DNA from: Candidatus Bathyarchaeum tardum | Lineage (GTDB): Archaea; Thermoproteota; Bathyarchaeia; Bathyarchaeales; Bathyarchaeaceae | Direction: 5' to 3' | Assembly (NCBI GenBank): GCA_024650005.2 | Contig: CP122380.1 | Coordinates: 1,520,681 to 1,560,680, forward strand | DNA: 40,000 nt | Shown: piece after piece, positions 34,647 through 40,000 of the stretch | How positions within the stretch are numbered: position 1 is the first letter of the stretch | Layout: each line of letters opens with the position of its first letter | Position numbers and translations under genes: made by a program | Notes under the pieces: generated by a model | What the model saw: only the letters and a program-made list of their open reading frames with translations | Told to the model about the DNA's origin: nothing | Database searches by the model: none

Positions 34647-34752
34647 TGGTGGGCGATGACGATTTTTGACCCACTGAATCGTGATTGAGATCTTGAGAAA
34701 AGCAGACACCAAAGTTTTGGTTGGTCCCTTTCAAGATTGCGTGAGCCCACCA
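34647..34752 (+). ncRNA. Candidate structured sRNA: three-way junction with a K-turn-like, C/D-box-like closing helix
   Basis: The closing helix is 8 bp, 34647-54 (TGGTGGGC) with 34745-52 (GCCCACCA). Hairpin A pairs ACGATT 34659-64 with AATCGT 34677-82. Hairpin B pairs 34690-98 with 34729-37 and has an inner stem GAC/ACCAAA..TTTGGT/GTC. GATGACGA follows the 5' strand and GTGA precedes the 3' strand (C/D-like), and an exact CTGA sits at 34674-77. A T5 run lies at 34766-70. Confidence 0.35.
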
Positions 34753-34910
34753 CCATTAAGGTTCCATTTTTGGTTGTGTTTGTAGCTCTTTGTGTTGTGC
34801 ATGATTACATTTTGTTAATGTGTAGTACACATATGCAGTATTATGTCAAAAATCGTAATATATAGTTAAATGTGAAATAAGTACCAGATAATCAACAACA
34901 GAAAACGGTT

Positions 34911-35240
34911 GTGTACCAGTTGTCAGAAGCTAAAATTAAAAAAATTCTCACAAACGAAAAACTCTCTGCGATAAAAGCAGCTCTGGAAAAAGATCACGCG
35001 ATTGATTGCATCTTTCTTTTAAAACTAGAAAACGGCAGATGGAAAAACGCAAAGTCCTTCATGAAAGATCTAAACCTCACCCTCAGCGACGGCACCTTCC
35101 GTTCAAGAATGATGGAACTAGAAAGCCTAGGCATCGCAAAAAGCGTAGCCATCGACCCCTTAAAGAAATATTATGTGATCACAGAACTAGGCAACAAAGT
35201 AGCCGACCTGCTCTTGAGCATGTTTGACGAGTTAGAGTAA
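34911..35240 (+). CDS. Winged-helix transcriptional regulator-like protein
   Basis: 109 aa (GTG start in the track). SDGTFRSRMMELESLGIAKSVAIDPLKKYYVITELGNKV looks like a recognition helix plus wing. The overlapping 35006..35227 ORF is arginine/lysine-rich junk. Confidence 0.55.
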   Translation: MYQLSEAKIKKILTNEKLSAIKAALEKDHAIDCIFLLKLENGRWKNAKSFMKDLNLTLSDGTFRSRMMELESLGIAKSVAIDPLKKYYVITELGNKVADLLLSMFDELE

Positions 35241-35380
35241 CTTTTTATTCTTTTATTGTTTTTTGGGCTTGTTTTTTGGTTATTTTTTTGGTTTAGTAAT
35301 ATGTTGTATTAAGTCGTAAGATTTAAATCTGGATTCTGTATAGTTGACATGTGACAAATACAGGAGGGAAAGAAAACAAA

Positions 35381-35842
35381 ATGAAAAGACTCCTAAAAAA
35401 TAAAAAAGCCTTAAGCCCAGTCGTAGCAGCAATCATATTGATCGCAGTAACAGTAGCAGTATCCATCGCAGTAGCAGCCTGGATGGGCTCACTAACCATC
35501 GGCTTCATGGAAACCAAAGAGGCAAAAATCACTGCAATGTCATTCGACAACATAATCATTACTGGTACAGAAACCAGTGGCGTACTCAACGTTACAATAT
35601 CTAACACAGGAACAGCCAAAGTTAACATCGCTACAATCAGAATTAATGGCGCAAATGTAGATGCATTGGATGTTTATACTGCAACAATAACAGCACAAAC
35701 TCTTCCAATTCAACTTGAACCCGCATCGGGTCCAGTTACTTACGTAATTGACCTTGGATCATGGACTGCTGGTAACAAATACGCTGTTAGCTTGTATGAA
35801 ACTGATGGAACATTAGTCGGCTCTTTCACAGGCACTGCTTAG
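35381..35842 (+). CDS. Archaeal type IV pilin-like protein with a class III signal peptide (DUF361-type)
   Basis: MKRLLKNKKALSPVVAAIILIAVTVAVSIAVAAW has a basic leader, a KA/LSPV prepilin-peptidase site and a hydrophobic helix. AGGAGGG lies about 12 nt upstream of ATG 35381. The rest of the protein is Thr/Asn-rich and beta-type. Confidence 0.75.
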   Translation: MKRLLKNKKALSPVVAAIILIAVTVAVSIAVAAWMGSLTIGFMETKEAKITAMSFDNIIITGTETSGVLNVTISNTGTAKVNIATIRINGANVDALDVYTATITAQTLPIQLEPASGPVTYVIDLGSWTAGNKYAVSLYETDGTLVGSFTGTA

Positions 35843-35926
35843 GCTTGAATCAGGAATTTTCAACTTGAAATTGGGGTTGGCTTCGGCTGCCCTATTTTCC
35901 TTATCTTTGGAGGTGTAAAATAACAA

Positions 35927-36352
35927 ATGGTAGTAGAATTAAAAGAATATGAATCCGCAGTCGACATAGCTAAAGCTATGGACGATGATATTTCAAAAAC
36001 CAAAAGTGTACTAGGTGAATACTTACGCAGACTGGATTCCATACGGAATTTAGCTGAGAGATCAAAGAAGATACGAGAAGTAGTCTTCAAACTCGCGGGC
36101 AAAAAATCAGCCCAAGAAAGTCTCGGCGAAATGACCGTTGGGGACTTGAGCGTAATCCTAGATGCTAACCCGTTCCATGAACTAACTGCAATTGAGCAAG
36201 TAGTTCGCAGCCAACAAGACAGGCTACTGGTGCTACAAAAAGCCCGGGAAGCACTGAACTGGGTTGACCAAATCGGGGACACGGAAGGACTCAAGTACAT
36301 AGTGCTAGAAAGCGACGGGGTTCCAGAACAAATACTGCTCAAAATCTCATAG
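35927..36352 (+). CDS. Hypothetical alpha-helical protein (141 aa)
   Basis: GGAGGTG lies upstream. Helical/coiled-coil composition. 22 nt from the next gene. The antisense 170-aa ORF 35860..36372 is Ser-rich and rejected. Confidence 0.55.
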   Translation: MVVELKEYESAVDIAKAMDDDISKTKSVLGEYLRRLDSIRNLAERSKKIREVVFKLAGKKSAQESLGEMTVGDLSVILDANPFHELTAIEQVVRSQQDRLLVLQKAREALNWVDQIGDTEGLKYIVLESDGVPEQILLKIS

Positions 36353-36374
36353 ATTGGGCAGGAGTTGAACAAAA

Positions 36375-37130
36375 ATGAACAGGGACCCTTACGTTACTGC
36401 ACTAAACAACGCATTAACTGAAATCCAAAAGGCGTACCCTGACATCACTCACTCTTTCATTTTTACTGACAACGGCGCAACTTACGCAGGTGAAACAGAA
36501 ACCGATGCTACACTGTTAAACAAAGTTTTAGAATCTTTCGAAGAATTAAAACAAAAAACCAAAGCAATTGGCAACATCACCAAATATTCAGTTAACTGCG
36601 AAAACGGCAAACTATACATGTCAAACATTAACGGCATGTACTTTATGTTGGCAACTAATGAAAACGCCGATGATGCCCAAATTTATTCCCTTACCCATGT
36701 GGTTATCCCACCACTTTTGAAAACTTTGCAAACCTTTGCTGGACAAAAAAGTGCCCAAATGGACAGTATACAAAATAGTTCAGCAAAAAATGTAACTAAA
36801 CTTCAAAACAATCCAACGGGCGCTCAGTCTCACCTCCAAGAGGAAACTACCGTCAATTTGGTAGTAAATCCTTTGAGTGGTTTCTTTGATGGCGACTCAG
36901 TGCAAATTGATGAAACCACATTAAACGACTGGAGCGAAAACGAAGCAGATGGAGAAGACATCAAATACGTTAAAATCGAAACCATTAATGGAAAATCTAC
37001 AAGATGCAAAGTAAAAAAGATCACTGTGGGCAACATGAAAGGCAAAAACTTCATTCGAATGCCAGCAAAATACTGCGACGTACTTAAAGTAAAAGGCGGC
37101 GACAGGGTAAACGTCTCGCCAGACCTATAG
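36375..37130 (+). CDS. Roadblock/LC7-like N-terminal domain protein with a C-terminal AbrB/VAT-N-like beta domain
   Basis: N-terminus: LTEIQKAYPDITHSFIFTDNGATYAGE...GNITKYSVNCENGKLYMSNINGMYFMLATNE follows the Roadblock alpha-beta-alpha pattern. C-terminus: GKNFIRMPAKYCDVLKVKGGDRVNVSP resembles a swapped-hairpin ...GDxV... domain. Confidence 0.55.
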   Translation: MNRDPYVTALNNALTEIQKAYPDITHSFIFTDNGATYAGETETDATLLNKVLESFEELKQKTKAIGNITKYSVNCENGKLYMSNINGMYFMLATNENADDAQIYSLTHVVIPPLLKTLQTFAGQKSAQMDSIQNSSAKNVTKLQNNPTGAQSHLQEETTVNLVVNPLSGFFDGDSVQIDETTLNDWSENEADGEDIKYVKIETINGKSTRCKVKKITVGNMKGKNFIRMPAKYCDVLKVKGGDRVNVSPDL

Positions 37131-37141
37131 AGGGTGATTGT

Positions 37142-37492
37142 TTGTTAGCAAAAAACGTCGAAAAACAAAAAAATGATGAACTGCAAGCAAAACTGCAGGA
37201 CATCAAAAAACAAGAAGGAATCATCGGGTTCATCATACGCGGACCAGAAACAGCAGCAATCGACATTAAAGATCCTAAAAAAATCATCGAATACGCATCT
37301 TTGTCTTCAGCAGCATTCGAAACAAGCAATGACATTTGCAAAAACGTTGAAATCGGCAAAGTAAACAACTTGGTTGTTGAAAGTGAAGACACAAAAATCT
37401 TGTGCACCACCGTAAACGACCAAAACATCAGCATATTCATGGAAAAAACAGTCAACCACGACAAACTATGCAAAGACCTGAACAGTTCCTAA
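37142..37492 (+). CDS. Roadblock/LC7 domain protein
   Basis: LQDIKKQEGIIGFIIRGPETAAIDIKDP...GKVNNLVVESEDTKILCTTVNDQNISIFMEK is the canonical Roadblock/MglB layout. TTG start 11 nt after the upstream stop. Confidence 0.65.
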   Translation: MLAKNVEKQKNDELQAKLQDIKKQEGIIGFIIRGPETAAIDIKDPKKIIEYASLSSAAFETSNDICKNVEIGKVNNLVVESEDTKILCTTVNDQNISIFMEKTVNHDKLCKDLNSS

Positions 37493-37705
37493 CCTTAATT
37501 TTTTTAATTCCTAAAACTAGCCAAGTTACAACTCGCTTGCTTAGTTTGTTTTTATCATTATTTCTTGGGTTCTTTCAGTGTTCACCAAATTTTTTTCAAA
37601 AAACTGTTTTCAGAGATAAACCTAAAAGCCAAAATAGAGTAATGCTCAGCAATGCAACATCATTGTTCATGTTAAACTGCAACAAAACAAACCGAGAGAA
37701 AAACC

Positions 37706-38542
37706 ATGGGAAAACTAACAGGCTTTATCCAAATAATACGACCCCTGAACTGCTTAATGATGGGGTTTGCAGTTATTGTCGGTGCCTCGTTGGTTTCGGA
37801 TCTTAGTTTTAACTCGAATTTGCTGTTTGCTTTTTTGACTGCATTCACGTTAACTGGTGCATCCATGGTAGTAAACGACTATTATGACCGCAAAATCGAT
37901 GCCATAAACGAACCTAACCGCCCAATACCAAGGGGAGATGTATCACCCCAACAGGCACTAGTTTACGCTTTGACCTTAAGCGTTCTTGGATTGCAAGCAG
38001 CGTACATGACTAACTTGTCAAGCCTTGCAGTAGCCATAGCAGCATGGATAATATCGATAACGTACATCACCAAAGGAAAAAGCACAGGATTGCCAGGAAA
38101 CTTTTTGGTCAGCGCAACAGTGGTCATTCCGTTTATTTACGGAGGATTAGCAGTAGGACAACTTCAAACCTCAACCTTGCTGTTTGTAGCAATCGTGTTT
38201 TTCTCAAACACAGGACGAGAAATAACAAAAGGCATAGTAGACGTTGAAGGAGACAAATCTCACAAAATTAAAACAATTGCAGTAACTTTTGGAGAAAAAA
38301 ACGCAGCAATCGCAGCAACAATATTCTCCCTTATCGCAGTAACCTTAAGCCCCTTGCCCTGGCTTTGGGGACTAGTTTCAGACTGGTTTTTGCCAGCAGT
38401 AATCATAACAGACATTGGCCTAGTTGCATCTGCAATTATGTTGCTAAAAGATTACTCACGAAGCAACGCCAAAAAAATAAAAAACATGCATCTAGCATGG
38501 TTCATAACTGGACTTGTAGCATTCATAATGGGAACAATATAA
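37706..38542 (+). CDS. UbiA-family prenyltransferase, probably digeranylgeranylglyceryl phosphate (DGGGP) synthase
   Basis: IRPLNCLMMG...; first Asp-rich motif NDYYDRKIDAINEPNRPIPRG; second motif KGIVDVEGDK; 278 aa, about 8 TM helices. Confidence 0.8.
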   Translation: MGKLTGFIQIIRPLNCLMMGFAVIVGASLVSDLSFNSNLLFAFLTAFTLTGASMVVNDYYDRKIDAINEPNRPIPRGDVSPQQALVYALTLSVLGLQAAYMTNLSSLAVAIAAWIISITYITKGKSTGLPGNFLVSATVVIPFIYGGLAVGQLQTSTLLFVAIVFFSNTGREITKGIVDVEGDKSHKIKTIAVTFGEKNAAIAATIFSLIAVTLSPLPWLWGLVSDWFLPAVIITDIGLVASAIMLLKDYSRSNAKKIKNMHLAWFITGLVAFIMGTI

Positions 38543-38548
38543 AACTGT

Positions 38549-38875
38549 TTAACAGATTTTGCTTCCGGCAGCAACATCTTTTTCTGGAGAAACCAAAGCA
38601 ACGTTTCCTTGTTCGTCTTCTGCAGCGAGAATCATGCATTGAGATTCAATTCCCATTAGTTTTCTTCGCTCCAAATTTGTAAGAAACAAAAATTTTTTGC
38701 CCACTAACTCGTCGGGCTGATAATATTTCAACAAACCTGCTACACATTGCCTTTTTTCCGAACCAAAATCAACAACAAGTTTCAACAAATTTCGAGAATC
38801 GGGAACAGATTCTGCTTCTTCAACTTCACCGATACGGATATCCAGTTTTGTGAAATCTTCATAACTAATTTCCAT
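38549..38875 (-). CDS. tRNA-binding domain protein (CsaA/Trbp111-like)
   Basis: FTKLDIRIGEVEEAESVPDSRNLLKLVVDFGSEKRQCVAGL...GIESQCMILAAED is the OB-fold tRNA-binding domain signature. Confidence 0.8.
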   Translation of the reverse strand: MEISYEDFTKLDIRIGEVEEAESVPDSRNLLKLVVDFGSEKRQCVAGLLKYYQPDELVGKKFLFLTNLERRKLMGIESQCMILAAEDEQGNVALVSPEKDVAAGSKIC

Positions 38876-38965
38876 GGTTAAATCACTTGACCTAATTTTT
38901 AGGTCTCATTGCATGCTTTAAATTTATGTGCGATTCAAAAACTTGAATTTTACTAACAGCCAAGG

Positions 38966-40000
38966 TTACTCCAGTCCATGATTAAGTTTATTTTCATTTT
39001 CTGTAGGTATGTCTATAACGAATTTGGCGCCCTTGTCAGGAATGCCGGTTTCTTTTATGGTCCAGTTGTAAACTTCACACATTTTTCGAATCAAGTATAA
39101 ACCATAGCCGGTTCCTTTGCCATAGCCTTCATTGAAGATTAATTCTTTTTCTTGTTCAGGTATGCCTATACCATCATCTTCATATAGCAAATTCAAATGA
39201 TCCTTTGATTCTTCAAAGTAAACCTTAACTTGGGTGACCTTTTTTCCATGAGTTAACGAGTTATGCATCAGATTATAGAACACCTGAGTCAATAACGAAT
39301 CAGCAAAAACTGAAAGCCCGTCACAGCTGTTGACTAAAGCTATTTCTCCCAAATCTAAACTAATTGCAGCTGCATTAACACAAGAACCCACATCAATTTG
39401 GGACATTTCTTCGATGCCTAACTGTTCATAAAGGCGAGCAAAATCAAAAATGCTGCTTATCTGTGAAATGGCTTTTTCAGCATTTTCAAGATTCTTTAAC
39501 GCTGGAGTGTCTTTTGCAAGAGTGCGTTTAGCCAAATACAAATTGTTTGCAATAACAGAAAGCTTATTTCGAGCATCATGACGAGATAAACGCCCAACAA
39601 CATTTAATTTTTCGTTCATCTGGGTAGCTCGATTTTTTCCAGACTCTAATTCCTCAAGTATTTTGCTGTTTCTTAAAGCAATAACAGCAATTTTTCCAAA
39701 AGCTACAATTATTTGGGCATCTTGTTCCGTGAATCCCCCTGGTTTATTAGCTAAACCAATTAATCCAACAGGTTCTTCATCCAGAATCATTGGCCCAAAC
39801 AACACATTTTCCAGTTTAACATGTCCTTTGGGAAGAAAACCTTCAAATTCAGAATCACCAAAACTGTTTTCATAAACAGGTTTTCCCGTTTTGTAGACTA
39901 ATTCTCGAAGACCACGAATTGGCATGGGAAGAGTCGGATCAACAGTACAATTCAAATCACCTGAACTCAAAAACACAACTTCATTTTCTAGACCATCATC
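38966..40000 (-). CDS. Sensor histidine kinase with a GAF domain (N-terminus beyond the window)
   Basis: GAF end PVGLIGLANKPGGFTEQDAQII; H-box RLSRHDARNKLSVI; N-box NLMHNSLTHG; G1 YEDDGIGIP; G2 GTGYGLYLIRK. The frame stays open from 39976 to 40000, so the gene is truncated by the window. Confidence 0.8.
   Translation of the reverse strand, partial: DDGLENEVVFLSSGDLNCTVDPTLPMPIRGLRELVYKTGKPVYENSFGDSEFEGFLPKGHVKLENVLFGPMILDEEPVGLIGLANKPGGFTEQDAQIIVAFGKIAVIALRNSKILEELESGKNRATQMNEKLNVVGRLSRHDARNKLSVIANNLYLAKRTLAKDTPALKNLENAEKAISQISSIFDFARLYEQLGIEEMSQIDVGSCVNAAAISLDLGEIALVNSCDGLSVFADSLLTQVFYNLMHNSLTHGKKVTQVKVYFEESKDHLNLLYEDDGIGIPEQEKELIFNEGYGKGTGYGLYLIRKMCEVYNWTIKETGIPDKGAKFVIDIPTENENKLNHGLE

Noticed and set aside
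34651-34690. Fluoride (crcB-motif) riboswitch, because GGGCGATGA...CTGA... resembles the start of the Thermotoga fluoride riboswitch.
   Set aside because: The P3 hairpin and conserved 3' segment are absent. The downstream gene is a wHTH regulator, not a fluoride channel.
34648-34755. Intron-containing tRNA. A 7-bp GGTGGGC/GCCCACC helix is followed by ACCA, and a TTCAAGA T-loop-like string occurs.
   Set aside because: No D-arm or T-arm can be formed in either orientation. The 5 nt before the 3' acceptor strand do not pair as a T-stem, and no anticodon arm or bulge-helix-bulge intron geometry is evident.
35860-36372. 170-aa minus-strand ORF. The same applies to 37084..37473, 36830..37054, 35323..35628, 30313..30795 and 32091..32409.
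   Set aside because: They lie antisense to better-supported plus-strand genes that have an RBS and domain signatures. Their composition is Ser/Leu/Phe-rich and low-complexity.
37402-37806. 134-aa plus-strand ORF spanning the Roadblock gene end, the intergenic region and the UbiA gene start.
   Set aside because: It is out of frame with both supported genes and has His/Arg/Gln-rich junk composition.
1-40000. CRISPR arrays, rRNA genes and intact IS elements with terminal inverted repeats.
   Set aside because: Reading the intergenic regions showed no regularly spaced direct repeats, no rRNA-like conserved blocks and no transposase ORF. The only mobile-element trace is the integrase-like pseudogene.

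Overview
This is an AT-rich archaeal chromosomal window. Archaeal hallmarks are a UbiA-type DGGGP synthase, archaeal ApgM-type phosphoglycerate mutase, a class III signal-peptide pilin and Roadblock/LC7 proteins. An Asgard-like origin is only a guess.

(1) 1.2-12.6 kb, minus strand. A tightly packed, translationally coupled operon runs in the order NuoA-B-CD-H-I-(J-slot)-K-L-M-N, followed by an FrhB/FpoF-like flavo-FeS protein fused to a CBS pair, then a tandem USP. The NuoD-position subunit keeps both cysteine pairs of a [NiFe] hydrogenase large subunit (RICGICNAAH and DPCFSCTDR) plus a cleavable C-terminal tail. It therefore reads as a group-4 energy-converting hydrogenase wearing a complex-I/Fpo-like gene order. 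I rank this the best candidate for something new.

(2) 13-19.4 kb. Housekeeping genes (surE, acyP, MscS, a CaCA exchanger) surround a small decayed island. The island holds a GC-rich candidate ncRNA, an FxLYD protein with near-perfect 84-bp tandem repeats, and an integrase-like pseudogene.

(3) 19.5-23.3 kb. A four-gene overlapping NHEJ operon: LigD-type polymerase, Ku, ligase fused to a C-terminal phosphoesterase, and DUF72.

(4) 23.6-34.5 kb. An accessory-looking stretch with these parts:
- an intact UPF0175/PIN pair;
- a decayed MNT/HEPN pair;
- apgM;
- broken ORFs;
- a radical SAM gene;
- a C39-like peptidase with an overlapping unknown partner;
- a cytochrome-b5-like fusion protein;
- an RHH/DUF5678/retropepsin-like module.

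(5) 34.6-37.5 kb. A K-turn-like structured RNA candidate, then a wHTH regulator, a pilin, a helical protein and two Roadblock proteins.

(6) 37.7-40 kb. DGGGP synthase, a CsaA-like tRNA-binding protein and a GAF histidine kinase that runs off the window.

No rRNA, canonical tRNA or CRISPR array was seen. All family calls come from motif recognition by eye. No searches were run.
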